Source of the DNA: an uncultured virus (IMG/VR IMGVR_UViG_3300042539_000942)
Taxonomy: Duplodnaviria; Heunggongvirae; Uroviricota; Caudoviricetes
Virus record (IMG/VR): IMGVR_UViG_3300042539_000942
Strand: one strand, 5' to 3'
Length of the DNA: 57,811 bases
Part shown: one piece after another, positions 45,450 to 55,512 of the stretch
Layout of the letters: each line of letters opens with the position of its first letter
Numbering within the stretch: position 1 is the first letter of the stretch
Translations under genes and position numbers: made by a program
Notes under the pieces: model-generated
The model's input: only the letters and a program-made list of their open reading frames with translations
Told to the model about the DNA's origin: nothing
Databases searched by the model: none

Positions 45450-46070
45450 ATGTCAGTACCTTCAGGTGCAGTTCCAGAAGATAATAAGGAACTAGAAAAA
45501 GAAAATAAAGGAAGGTATTCCCTTCAGAGTGGTCAATCAACTATTCACGGAACTGCTTTGTGGCAAGTTCAGACGCAAGAATCCCAAACAATGGGATTCT
45601 ATGCAGATACTGGACAAGGTGGAAATGGAAATGGAACTGTAGGTAAACATGTTTTATTTACGCCAGGATCATCTGTTGAGATTCTAGGTCAAAATTTAAA
45701 AGCAAGAGGAAATGATGCTTCAGTATTCAATCCTGCAAAGGTGATCTTGTGCAAACATGGAGACATTCATTTAGAAGCAACAGACGGAGACATTTTTCTA
45801 AAGGCAAAAAACATTGTAATTTGTGCCGAGGGTGGAGAAAAGCAGGGAAACATTGATCTCAAAGCAACAAAAAATCTTAACCTGAAAGCATCAACAATTA
45901 AGGTTCAAGGTGAGGGAATAGGACTTGCAGCATCAAAAGACATGAGTATCGTTGCTAAGGGATTTTTAGAAACACAGGCAGGATTTAATGCTGCATCACA
46001 CTCTGGTGAAATTTCTTTTAGTGGTGTTGGTGCTTTATTGAGCAGTATTGGTATTGGAGGAAAAATCTAA
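45450..46070 (+). CDS. gp5 C-terminal-like beta-helix spike protein
   Basis: Repeating GDIHLEA/GDIFLKA/GNIDLKA strands. Confidence 0.6.
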   Translation: MSVPSGAVPEDNKELEKENKGRYSLQSGQSTIHGTALWQVQTQESQTMGFYADTGQGGNGNGTVGKHVLFTPGSSVEILGQNLKARGNDASVFNPAKVILCKHGDIHLEATDGDIFLKAKNIVICAEGGEKQGNIDLKATKNLNLKASTIKVQGEGIGLAASKDMSIVAKGFLETQAGFNAASHSGEISFSGVGALLSSIGIGGKI

Positions 46071-46963
46071 TGCATGATACTATGAGAGGTGTGGACGGCA
46101 AACTTGTTGTAGGTGGTGCCGATCCAACATTCATTCCTGCTGTTCCACCATTCACGGGAACTTTAGTTTCTGCTTGGGGTGTTTTTGGAATGCCGACAGG
46201 ATCAAGTCCTAGTGGAGGATTGATTCCGAGAGCAGTTGTTCAAATTGGTCCCCCATGTCCTCCTATAACTATTGGTGGAATAACTTTACCAACTGCAAAT
46301 AGTTTAGAAGTAAATGGAATCTCATACTTCATTGGAATTACTAACATTGCAGGGACACTGAATGTTACTGCACAAAGTTTCTTTACTGCTACATCAACTT
46401 TCAATGCAACTCAAATCAAAAATGCTTTAGATTTGAAGAATGATAAGAGTATTGGAAATAAAACTTTCGTTAATAATGATAATGTGATTGTCAATTCAAT
46501 CATTACTTGCAATGACATTAGATCTTCAATTACAACTTTAAATCAAACGTATGCCATTGCTCAATCTAAAAAATCCTTTGACATTAAACATCCATCTAAA
46601 GAAGGGCATAGATTAAGACACGTTTGCGTTGAAACTGAAGAGGCAGGGGTTTACATACGTGGAAAAAATAATCAAAATGTGATAGAATTACCAGATTATT
46701 GGAAAAATTTTGTGTATGAAGAAAGTATCACTGTTAATTTAACTCCAATTGGTTCACACCAAAATCTTTTTGTTGAAAAGATTGAGGATAATAAAGTTTT
46801 TGTTGGCGGGGATAAATTATTAAATTATTACTATACTGTTTTTGCTGAAAGAAAGGATTGTGGAAGAAATGTTTCTGAGTATAAGGGTTATACCCCAGAT
46901 GATTATCCAGGAGATAATAGTGAATTTTCAATCGTTGGTTGGGATTATGACAGGAGAAGATAA
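46070..46963 (+). CDS. Spike/fibre protein with a C-terminal chaperone-like domain
   Basis: KSFDIKHPSKEGHRLRHVCVE, GVYIRG, IELPDYW, ITVNLTP, AERKD. Confidence 0.65.
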   Translation: MHDTMRGVDGKLVVGGADPTFIPAVPPFTGTLVSAWGVFGMPTGSSPSGGLIPRAVVQIGPPCPPITIGGITLPTANSLEVNGISYFIGITNIAGTLNVTAQSFFTATSTFNATQIKNALDLKNDKSIGNKTFVNNDNVIVNSIITCNDIRSSITTLNQTYAIAQSKKSFDIKHPSKEGHRLRHVCVETEEAGVYIRGKNNQNVIELPDYWKNFVYEESITVNLTPIGSHQNLFVEKIEDNKVFVGGDKLLNYYYTVFAERKDCGRNVSEYKGYTPDDYPGDNSEFSIVGWDYDRRR

Positions 46964-46966
46964 AAA

Positions 46967-48604
46967 ATGAGCACATCCGACAACATCATTGCCGACTTAA
47001 TTGAAGACATTGGCACTAAAAGAAGTCAAAGACTTGCACTTCTGGATAATCTTACAGTTTTAGATGCCAACATTGATACTTACGATAAGTTAATTGCAAA
47101 CATTGATAAGGAAGCACGACGGTTAATTACTCTCATTAATGATGCAATTACTCCAGTAAAGCAAGCATATGAAGCAAGAATCACTGCTGAGTGTAAAAGC
47201 GATTTAGCATGGGTTAAAGTTAAACAATGGACTCAACTTGTATCTGGTGGTGCTGGAGATGGATCTGGAGTTTACAACGCAACATTTGCAAAATATGAGG
47301 TTCAAAAAGATTCTAACACTTATGCTTACCAACCTTATCATGGCATAAAGTATTATCAAAGACCATTGAATCGTGATTATGGATCTGACATTATTGTAGA
47401 ATTTACTGGTAGTGTTGGTGTTGGAAACAGTTTTATTACTGTTACTGATACAAAAGGGTTATCATCTTTGATTAAAGTTGGTGATAAAATTACTGATAGT
47501 TTGGATAGTCCAGTTTTATTTTCTGCATCAAGTCTTCCATCGGTTGTTGGATTTGGTACGACGTTCTCGATTGGGATTACTAGTTCTTTAGTTGGGAACA
47601 TTTCTTTTGGTTCGAGTATTCTTGCTGTTGTCTCTGGGGTTCTTGCTGGTATTTCTACAGGAATGTATGTTGAAAGATTTGGAATTATTCCAGATAATAC
47701 TCAAATTGTTGGATTTGGAAGTACAAGTGTTATAGTCTCTTATGGAACAACCTCTGGAATTGACACTACAGGTACTATTACAGTTTCTTCACTTATTTTA
47801 AGTGATAATGCCACTGGAATTTCTACTGATGAGACTTTTGACATTGGAGTTGGTTCTTCTTTACCAATAATCAATTTGACGGCATCATCGGCAGGTGTTT
47901 CTACAAGTAATCAGTTTACCGTAATTAGATTTGGTAGTACTGACATTGATAAAGATTTTGATTGGCAATCAAGTCCTTTCAATCCAATTACTATTGGAAT
48001 TATAAATTCTAATACATTGGCAGCAGGCAATAGTTCATTTTACAATTATTCTGGTGCTCCAAACAATAAGACTACTTGGGATGAAGCATCATCTTATTAT
48101 GATCCAATTGCAAAGACTCAAATCAATCCAGAACCTTCTATTGGTGCGGGTCGTGCAGAATATTATACTGGATCTTTGACTTGGCCAGTTAAGGTAACTC
48201 CAATCGTTAATCCTACAACAAAAGTAATTACTGGTTATACGAGAACACCTGCTTATCTTGGCAACACTGTGACAGTAACTGTTGGTTTGGGAGCATCAAC
48301 TAGTGTTAGTATTGGTTATAGTTCGAGAGGTCCAAGTGGATTAGATCCTGCTAGAGCAGCATGTAGTACATTGAATTCTAACATTACTGCTGCTATTGAT
48401 AACATGAATGATGTCAAAAATCGTTACATGGCAACCATACAAAAATTAGTCAGTGCTTCTCATACATTAAGGGGAGTTAGGAATCAAAAAGAACTTTTTG
48501 CTTGGTCTTCATTGCAGGGTGCTGCAAGTTTGAGACAGGACATTGCAAAGTTGGAGGCAGATCTGGCAGCAATTGATAAATTTGATTTTAGTCAGTTTGA
48601 GTAG
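46967..48604 (+). CDS. Virion structural protein (helical ends, Gly/Ser/Thr-rich core)
   Basis: Coiled-coil termini; VGFGTT/VGFGST repeats; tail-gene context. Confidence 0.6.
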   Translation: MSTSDNIIADLIEDIGTKRSQRLALLDNLTVLDANIDTYDKLIANIDKEARRLITLINDAITPVKQAYEARITAECKSDLAWVKVKQWTQLVSGGAGDGSGVYNATFAKYEVQKDSNTYAYQPYHGIKYYQRPLNRDYGSDIIVEFTGSVGVGNSFITVTDTKGLSSLIKVGDKITDSLDSPVLFSASSLPSVVGFGTTFSIGITSSLVGNISFGSSILAVVSGVLAGISTGMYVERFGIIPDNTQIVGFGSTSVIVSYGTTSGIDTTGTITVSSLILSDNATGISTDETFDIGVGSSLPIINLTASSAGVSTSNQFTVIRFGSTDIDKDFDWQSSPFNPITIGIINSNTLAAGNSSFYNYSGAPNNKTTWDEASSYYDPIAKTQINPEPSIGAGRAEYYTGSLTWPVKVTPIVNPTTKVITGYTRTPAYLGNTVTVTVGLGASTSVSIGYSSRGPSGLDPARAACSTLNSNITAAIDNMNDVKNRYMATIQKLVSASHTLRGVRNQKELFAWSSLQGAASLRQDIAKLEADLAAIDKFDFSQFE

Positions 48605-48631
48605 ACCAGTTTTAAGGGTGGCACATAGCAC

Positions 48632-48660
48632 TTGACTTCGGAGAAAAGATGCCCTATAAT
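48632..48660 (+). promoter_or_regulatory. Sigma70 promoter for the small-ORF/tRNA unit
   Basis: TTGACT, 17 nt, TATAAT. Confidence 0.8.
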
Positions 48661-48686
48661 GACAGGGTACAAAGGTTGCTCTTCAA

Positions 48687-48893
48687 ATGACCGAAGATAC
48701 CAGTTATCTGTCAAAAATTATTATTGATGTTTGCTCTCGATCAATCTTACTGATTAGTAATGAAAATCATAAAAAAATTATCAAGTGCAATACGACTAAA
48801 GAGTTTATGAATGCTTTAGAATTTTGCCGCTCTGCAGAAGAGTTTGTTGATGAAATCTCTTATGCTAAAGTTTTAGTTGCATCTGAGAATTGA
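48687..48893 (+). CDS. Hypothetical protein
   Basis: First ATG after the promoter; IKCNTTKEFMNALEF. Confidence 0.65.
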   Translation: MTEDTSYLSKIIIDVCSRSILLISNENHKKIIKCNTTKEFMNALEFCRSAEEFVDEISYAKVLVASEN

Positions 48894-48917
48894 AAAACTG
48901 GTAAAGTTATTTTTTAT

Positions 48918-48992
48918 GGGCGGGTAGTCCAACTGGCAGGAGACACCAAACTTAAAATTTGTACAGTGCGAGTTCGAATCTCGCTCCGCCTA
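48918..48992 (+). tRNA. trnL: tRNA-Leu (anticodon UAA), short variable loop, no CCA
   Basis: Acceptor GGGCGGG/TCCGCCT, anticodon loop CT-TAA-AA (48953-55), T arm GCGAG-TTCGAAT-CTCGC, discriminator A. Confidence 0.85.
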
Positions 48993-49035
48993 TTAGAGTT
49001 CACACTCTAAATAAACAAAAGTAAAAAATAAACTT

Positions 49036-49305
49036 ATGAAGTACCGCATTGATACTGCATATTGTTGGTACAATAAGGGAACTCAAATTGTTCTAATGTA
49101 TTTCATAAATCACATTCCCTTTACTTTTGATGAAATTCCAGATTGTGCTATGCAAGATTTGGAAATCATTAATTTGGCAGATAACGAAAGACGATTTGAA
49201 CCAGAGGATTTATACCGAACATCTTTCTATTTGATTGATGAGCAGTGTCATCCAATGTTATTTGATGTTGAACTGGAAAATCCAGAAATGTTACCTGTTG
49301 ATTAA
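49036..49305 (+). CDS. Hypothetical protein
   Basis: CTAAATA box upstream; YCWY...LMYFINHIPFTFDE. Confidence 0.7.
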   Translation: MKYRIDTAYCWYNKGTQIVLMYFINHIPFTFDEIPDCAMQDLEIINLADNERRFEPEDLYRTSFYLIDEQCHPMLFDVELENPEMLPVD

Positions 49306-49308
49306 CTT

Positions 49309-49380
49309 GCCCTTGTAGCTCAGTGGTAGAGCAACGGTTTTGTAAACCGTTGGTCGTCTGTTCGAATCAGATCGGGGGCT
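49309..49380 (+). tRNA. trnT: tRNA-Thr (anticodon UGU), no CCA
   Basis: Acceptor GCCCTTG/CGGGGGC, D arm GCTC/GAGC, ACGGT-TT-TGT-AA-ACCGT, T arm GTCTG-TTCGAAT-CAGAT. Confidence 0.95.
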
Positions 49381-49399
49381 CTGAGTTCTATAAACTCCA

Positions 49400-49555
49400 A
49401 TGTCATTAATTTCACAACAAGATAGAGACCTTGCTATTGAAGCATTGGATTTCTATCTCTTCAATAAACAATTCGATTTTACTGAAGAGAAACGAATGGA
49501 AGTCAATGCTCTTATTAATTGGATTAAGTTGGAGAAAACTAAACATGAAAATTAA
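49400..49555 (+). CDS. 51-aa hypothetical protein (MSLISQQDRDLAIEALDFY...)
   Basis: Clean ORF after tRNA-Thr, overlapping the next start. Confidence 0.6.
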   Translation: MSLISQQDRDLAIEALDFYLFNKQFDFTEEKRMEVNALINWIKLEKTKHEN

Positions 49556-49712
49556 TCTTTGGTACTGTAGTGAAATGAAACAATGGCGTTGGACATTGAC
49601 TGATGATAATAGACCTATAGTTAAACAAGAAGCAGGACAGCAACCAGATCTTCGTGCTGCTATGAATGATGTAGCAAATACTGTTGAGTATTTGATGGGT
49701 GTTGACAAATAA
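49545..49712 (+). CDS. 55-aa hypothetical protein (MKINLWYCSEMKQWRWTL...)
   Basis: GGAG upstream of ATG 49545; the ORF-track start 49431 overlaps the previous gene. Confidence 0.65.
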   Translation: MKINLWYCSEMKQWRWTLTDDNRPIVKQEAGQQPDLRAAMNDVANTVEYLMGVDK

Positions 49713-49730
49713 ATTTGAATGTTTTATAAT
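49702..49730 (+). promoter_or_regulatory. Consensus sigma70 promoter with no ORF before the next terminator
   Basis: TTGACA (49702-07), 17 nt, TATAAT (49725-30). Confidence 0.85.
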
Positions 49731-49735
49731 CTAAG

Positions 49736-49787
49736 TTCCGTGTGAAGGAAGTATAAAACCCCCGAAGAAATTTGGGGGTTTTATTGT
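49736..49787 (+). ncRNA. Candidate ~50-nt small RNA (hairpin plus terminator)
   Basis: TTCC-GTGTGAA-GGAA hairpin then ataaaacccccgaa-gaaa-tttgggggttttat terminator, immediately downstream of a perfect promoter. Confidence 0.6.
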
Positions 49788-49789
49788 AT

Positions 49790-49797
49790 GATAAATA
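49790..49797 (+). promoter_or_regulatory. Late promoter for the large structural gene
   Basis: GATAAATA 29 nt upstream of ATG 49827. Confidence 0.7.
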
Positions 49798-49826
49798 AAT
49801 CAGAAGAAAAACTATGCTAATAAGAG

Positions 49827-52800
49827 ATGGCTCTTTCCAGACTGGAGAATTTTTTAAAGAATTCCTTAGGTAATACGCTTTATGTAGACCCTACAGAAAT
49901 TGACTCTACGGATAGTATTACCAATCAAGGTAATTCTCAGACAAAACCATTTAAAACTATTCAAAGAGCATTAATTGAGGCTACACGATTTTCTTACGTT
50001 GAAGGTAAGTACAACGATAGATACAATCGTGTCACAATTGTTGTGGCACCAGGAACTCATTACATAGATAATCGTCCTGGATACATTGCGTATGATGATG
50101 TGTTTTCTTCATCTACTCTATACTATTCAAGATTTGGTCAATTTGGTCTTGTACTATCTCCATTTGACTTAAATACGAATTTTGATGTAACAACTACTGA
50201 TAACGAACTTTACAAACTCAATAGCGTTATCGGTGGTGTTATTATTCCTCGTGGTGTATCTTTAGTTGGTAGAGATCTTAAGAAAACTAAAATTATTCCA
50301 AAGTATGTTCCAGATCCAGAAAATTCTGAAATTGAAGCATCGTCTATTTTCAGATTAACTGGTGGATCCTATGTTTCAAACTTTACCATTTTAGATGGTG
50401 ACATTACTGGATCTGTTTATAAGAACTATACAACTATTGCTTATACACCAAAGTTTTCTCACCATAAATTGACTGCTTTTGAGTATGCGGATGGTGTTGG
50501 TGTAATTCGCATTAATGATTCTTTCCTGAACATTGTTTCGACATTAACTGATCTTGATAATTATTACAGAAAAATTTCAGATGTATTTGATACTGCATCT
50601 GCTCGTCCAATTGAACCAGATTATCCTTCTGGATCTTTAGACATTGAGAAAAGAGTTGAAGAATATAGAATTATTTCTACAGCAACCGAATCTATTGGAG
50701 TTACATCTATTCGTTCTGGAAATGGTGTCATTCCAACAACAACAATTACTGTTGAACTTGAATCTGATCTCGTAGATCTTCAGATTGATTCTCCCATTAC
50801 AATTGCTGGAGTCTCGACTTCTGTTTATAACGGAACATTTATTGTTTCTGGTATTACATCAGCAACTAAATTTACCTATTCAGTTCCTACAGTTCCGAAT
50901 GTTGCGATTCCTGGTATCAACAATGCAACTGCAAGTATTGAAGTTGATACGATTGAGTCAAATGCTCCAGAATTAAACAACATCAATAAGAGATCTGTTT
51001 ATGGCATGAACAGTGCTCATTTTGATGGGCAAAAAGTTTCTGGATTTAAGAAGGCAATTGTAAGTCGTTTTTATGGAACTGCATTACAAAAAGATGATGC
51101 AGCGTTTTTAAGATTTAATAATGACTCAGATACCTATCAGGGTTCTGATCAAGTTGACAATTTGCATACGGATCCAGTTGCAGTTTATAAACCATCATAC
51201 TCATCGTATCACATTAAGGCATCAAATGGTGCAGTAGTTGATGTTGATTCTTCACAAGCAACTGGTCACACAAATCAATTTGTTGCTGAATCTGGATCTG
51301 AGATTGACTTGAACGGAAGCAAATCCAATTATGGCGAAAATGCTTTCCTTTCAAAAGGATTTAAAAATTCTGCTTATGCTTTAGATGATACTGGGTACAT
51401 TACACATGTAATTAGTCCACAGGAAACAGATTTTAAAAACATTACTGTTGACTATCTTCCTCTTGATGTTCAAAATACTATCAGTATTGGAAATTCAACT
51501 CGTCTTTATTTGTTTGATGAAAAAAATGCAGATAAATCACCACAACACATTACAGAAGCATTTAGAATTGGTGCAAAATTTGATGAAAAACTGAATGCAT
51601 CATTAAACATTTACGGAAATCAGACAAATGTGTATTCAAAAGTAGTTATTCCATCTACTCTTGGAGTTACCACTTCAGTTGCTCAAAAAGTTTCAATCGT
51701 AAATCGCAATTCTATTGGTGTTAACAGCATCACTGCAAACTCATTTGTATTTTCCAAAAATCATGAGTTTATTAATGGTGAATCTGTAAGAATTGTTAGT
51801 GATACTGGAGAAATTCCAACAGAACTTGATAATGATGAAAAGTATTATGCAATTACATCTGGTTTGGGAAATGATACTATACGTCTTGCAAGAACCTTAA
51901 ACGACGCACTTTCGGGCAACTTTATTCAAATTGGAAATTCTGGTGGTGAACTTAAAGTCATTAGTTATGTCTATGATAAAATTCCAGGAGAAATTGGGCA
52001 TCCAATTCAGTTTGATGAATCTAATAAGCAATGGTATGTAAATGTTTCAAATCTTACAGAAGATAACCAGATCTATTCAACTTTTGTAAGTTATGGAACC
52101 ACAGCATTAGGTGCAGTCAGTCCTAAAACTTATGTTAAAAGAAACTATAATACTAGAAACATAGAAGATTCAATTTTCAAATTCAGATATGTTATTCCAT
52201 CTGATGTTGAAAATGCAAATACTCCAACTGATGGTTCTATTCTTCAAGAATCAAATACGACAACTGCTGCAACAAATTCTGAACTTTCTACTGTCAACAT
52301 CACAAGTACGATTGCTCAAAAAAACTTTAGATTCATTACTGATGCAGTTTGGAATTCAAATACCGCAACAATTATTACAGAAAAACCACATGATTTGACA
52401 GTTGGATCTGTAATTGAAGTTGAAAACTTGGCAAGTAGTGGAAATGCTACAGGAATCGGAAGTTCTGGTTTTAATGGTAAGTTCGAAGTTATTGGAATTA
52501 ACAGCGAAAGATCATTCAATTATACCTTAAGTGATAATCCTGGTTCTAAAGTTACAAATTCAGATATTCGTCTGGTTGATAATCTTGCATACTTCAAGAG
52601 AAAGGAATATTCTAAGAACTTCTACGTTTATAAGGTAAAGGAAATCAAGAAATATGTATCTGGAGAGCAAGATGGCGTATACTATCTAACTTGTTTAGAT
52701 GCATCAATCAAACCACAAATTGCACCATTCTCATCTGAAGAATTTGCACAACCAATTGAATACCTGTATCCAGAAAGAGATAGAGATAATCTTACTTCTG

Positions 52801-55475
52801 ATCCAGTAGCAGCAGAAAGTTATGTAAGAAAGGATAAAATTGGAAAAGTAGTGGTCAGTGATGCAAAGCACAGTTTGACAAAGAAAGTTGTTCATAATTT
52901 CCTTCTTGAAAATGGTATTGGAATTGGAATTACCACAATTCAAACTGATACCAATACTGGCACATCTCATACGATTACTTTAGGAAAACAGCATAACTTA
53001 AACAGAATTATTTCTGTTGGCGTTTCAAGTGCTGGTGCTGGATACGGTTCTGGGTCTGCTGCAACTCTTTATGGTGCTAAACTGGTTGGAATTGGAACAA
53101 CAACTGGTGACGGTGCTATTGCAAACGTTTTAGTCAGTGCTGCAGGAACAATCACATCAGTTACCATTACTCATGGTGGTGGTGGTTATTTGATTGGTCA
53201 ATCTTTGGAAGTTGTTGGTGTTGCAACAACTGCAGGATTTGCTGTTGGTCTCGTAACTGTAACGTCAGTTGTCAATGGTATTGATGAGGTTGTTCAGGTT
53301 TCTGGAATTAAATCTGAGTCCTATCAAAACTATAATGATCTGTTTAGAGTCATTGGTGTTCCAAATTCCAAATCAATTGCAATTAAATCCGTTAATCATA
53401 TTGGTTATACTGGAGTTGCAGGAACTGATACTGTAGTTGGTGTTGCATTAACGGATTCTATTCTGTCTGTTGTCGGTAGATCCTCAGGAATTACTACTTT
53501 GACGTATGATTCTACGACTGGAATCGCAACAGTTGGAACAGGATTGACTGCTCATGGTTTAATGACTGATCAAAAGATTCAAATTGTTGGAGTTGCAAAA
53601 ACTTTCTTCAATGGATCTTTTGTTATTCAAGAAGTCGTTGGTCTTACTACGTTTATCATTAATCCTGGAGTTTCATCAGAAATTTCTCCAATCATTGACG
53701 GCAATCAGTTTGTATTCAGAGGTGGGTATTCATCAAATAATGGATTAAATTCTCCAACAAATGAAAAACTTAGAAGCAGAGCAATTCCATTCTATGTTGG
53801 AATTACAACAACTTTGGCTACGGGAATTTCATCCTCTTCCACTTCAATTGACATTACAAATGCTACCAATAGTGGACTAGTTCTTGGTGACTTCATTGTG
53901 ATTGATGATGAAATTATGAGAATTAATAATAATTCAATCAATGTGGTCTTCAGAGGAGTCTTTGGAACTGTTACCAAAAATCACCAAGCAGGTGCAATTG
54001 TACGCAAGATCAAAGTTGTACCAACAGAATTAAGAAAATCCTCAGACATCAATTCTAATGGTCATTACTTTAATAATGTTGGATTTGGACAAGGAAATTA
54101 TTCTGTAGCAATTCCAGAGAGACAAATTACATCTTTAACCAAAGATGATAGAAAACTTGGTCAAGCACAAAGAAAGTCTGGAGGACAGATTCATTATTCG
54201 GGTATTAATGATGCTGGTGAGTACTTCCTGACGGATAAGCGTTATGGATCTGTTTCTGCCAATGATGAAATTTTTGAGGGTCCAATTCCAAAAATTTCTG
54301 GAATAGAACTCAATCCAGCAGACGTTCATAATGTCACTGAAGTAGTTGCAAACAACTCTATTACTATAAATGGTGGTCCAAATCGTGACATTGTAAGTCG
54401 TTTTGATGGACCAGTGTTGTTCATGAACAAGTTAATTTCTTATGCTGAGGACGGAATTGAAACAAACATTTTAAGTCTTCATGGAGAAGCTCCAGTTTCA
54501 AGAAACATTACTGTTGGAATTGCTACCCCTATCGTTCCTGGCGGTGCTGGTGACGTTACCTTTAATGCAAATCCACAAGAAAGAGGACATCTTGGATGGG
54601 TCTTTACTCAACAGAATACCTGGAGAAAGTTTGGACTAATCAGTAAAGATGCTGATAAGATGGTTGTTTCTGTTGATAGAATTGGAATCGGAACAACGAC
54701 TGCATCTGATGTATTGAATGTTGTTGGTAACGCTAAAATCATTGGTATTACTACAATTCGTAGTGGCATTGGTTCAGCACATCCTGAACTTGTAATTAAT
54801 GCAAATACAACAACAGATCAGGTGCAAGACATTCCAGATGGAACAGAGTTGCACATTACTGGTGAAAATAATGCAATTTCCAGAATTGCACAAGATACTT
54901 TTGGTGCTAATGCTTATCCAGCATTTACTGGGCGTGTAGCAAGAGGAACTCTCGCAAGTCCTTCAACAACACAAAATGGAGACGTTCTTGTTCAGATGGC
55001 AGGAAGAGGTTATGGATCTACAAAGTATCTGGATAACAGTGTTGCGAGAATAAACTTCAGAGCAGCACAAACATTTAGCGATTCGAATGCAGCAACAGAC
55101 ATTTCCTTTGAAGTTACTGGAATTAACACAACAGCACCACGCGAAGTTGTTAGAATTGGTGCAGGTGGATCGGTTGGAATTGGTACAACCGATCCAACAT
55201 CTACTTTGCATGTTTCTGGAACAGCAAGAATTGCTGGTATTATCACGGCAACAACTGCAATTAACACTCAACTTGGTGTTGGAACTGTTGGAATCAGAAC
55301 ATACTTTGATGGTAGTTATTTGAGTTCTCCAACACTTGATGTTGTAGGTGACGTTCGTATCGGAAGCGGAAATACCCAAGGTTTGGTTCTTACATCGCCA
55401 AATGGAAACCTATTTAGAATTGTGGTTGATGATACTGGATCCCTTGCTGCAATTTCAACATCTGTTCTTGGATAA
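49827..55475 (+). CDS. Large virion structural protein (1882 aa; beta-helix-like N-terminus, fibre-like C-terminus)
   Basis: MALSRLENFLKN, PFKTIQRALIE, GIGTT repeats, C-terminal LTSPNGNLFRIVVDDTG. Confidence 0.8.
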   Translation: MALSRLENFLKNSLGNTLYVDPTEIDSTDSITNQGNSQTKPFKTIQRALIEATRFSYVEGKYNDRYNRVTIVVAPGTHYIDNRPGYIAYDDVFSSSTLYYSRFGQFGLVLSPFDLNTNFDVTTTDNELYKLNSVIGGVIIPRGVSLVGRDLKKTKIIPKYVPDPENSEIEASSIFRLTGGSYVSNFTILDGDITGSVYKNYTTIAYTPKFSHHKLTAFEYADGVGVIRINDSFLNIVSTLTDLDNYYRKISDVFDTASARPIEPDYPSGSLDIEKRVEEYRIISTATESIGVTSIRSGNGVIPTTTITVELESDLVDLQIDSPITIAGVSTSVYNGTFIVSGITSATKFTYSVPTVPNVAIPGINNATASIEVDTIESNAPELNNINKRSVYGMNSAHFDGQKVSGFKKAIVSRFYGTALQKDDAAFLRFNNDSDTYQGSDQVDNLHTDPVAVYKPSYSSYHIKASNGAVVDVDSSQATGHTNQFVAESGSEIDLNGSKSNYGENAFLSKGFKNSAYALDDTGYITHVISPQETDFKNITVDYLPLDVQNTISIGNSTRLYLFDEKNADKSPQHITEAFRIGAKFDEKLNASLNIYGNQTNVYSKVVIPSTLGVTTSVAQKVSIVNRNSIGVNSITANSFVFSKNHEFINGESVRIVSDTGEIPTELDNDEKYYAITSGLGNDTIRLARTLNDALSGNFIQIGNSGGELKVISYVYDKIPGEIGHPIQFDESNKQWYVNVSNLTEDNQIYSTFVSYGTTALGAVSPKTYVKRNYNTRNIEDSIFKFRYVIPSDVENANTPTDGSILQESNTTTAATNSELSTVNITSTIAQKNFRFITDAVWNSNTATIITEKPHDLTVGSVIEVENLASSGNATGIGSSGFNGKFEVIGINSERSFNYTLSDNPGSKVTNSDIRLVDNLAYFKRKEYSKNFYVYKVKEIKKYVSGEQDGVYYLTCLDASIKPQIAPFSSEEFAQPIEYLYPERDRDNLTSDPVAAESYVRKDKIGKVVVSDAKHSLTKKVVHNFLLENGIGIGITTIQTDTNTGTSHTITLGKQHNLNRIISVGVSSAGAGYGSGSAATLYGAKLVGIGTTTGDGAIANVLVSAAGTITSVTITHGGGGYLIGQSLEVVGVATTAGFAVGLVTVTSVVNGIDEVVQVSGIKSESYQNYNDLFRVIGVPNSKSIAIKSVNHIGYTGVAGTDTVVGVALTDSILSVVGRSSGITTLTYDSTTGIATVGTGLTAHGLMTDQKIQIVGVAKTFFNGSFVIQEVVGLTTFIINPGVSSEISPIIDGNQFVFRGGYSSNNGLNSPTNEKLRSRAIPFYVGITTTLATGISSSSTSIDITNATNSGLVLGDFIVIDDEIMRINNNSINVVFRGVFGTVTKNHQAGAIVRKIKVVPTELRKSSDINSNGHYFNNVGFGQGNYSVAIPERQITSLTKDDRKLGQAQRKSGGQIHYSGINDAGEYFLTDKRYGSVSANDEIFEGPIPKISGIELNPADVHNVTEVVANNSITINGGPNRDIVSRFDGPVLFMNKLISYAEDGIETNILSLHGEAPVSRNITVGIATPIVPGGAGDVTFNANPQERGHLGWVFTQQNTWRKFGLISKDADKMVVSVDRIGIGTTTASDVLNVVGNAKIIGITTIRSGIGSAHPELVINANTTTDQVQDIPDGTELHITGENNAISRIAQDTFGANAYPAFTGRVARGTLASPSTTQNGDVLVQMAGRGYGSTKYLDNSVARINFRAAQTFSDSNAATDISFEVTGINTTAPREVVRIGAGGSVGIGTTDPTSTLHVSGTARIAGIITATTAINTQLGVGTVGIRTYFDGSYLSSPTLDVVGDVRIGSGNTQGLVLTSPNGNLFRIVVDDTGSLAAISTSVLG

Positions 55476-55512
55476 ATAAAAAGAAAGATAACTGGGGGGA
55501 GAGTGAACTCCG

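Noticed and set aside
48604..48631. Degenerate inverted repeat (gaccagtt...gtggcac) upstream of the early promoter
   Set aside because: Pairing is too weak and it occurs once in the window, so it cannot be supported as an operator.
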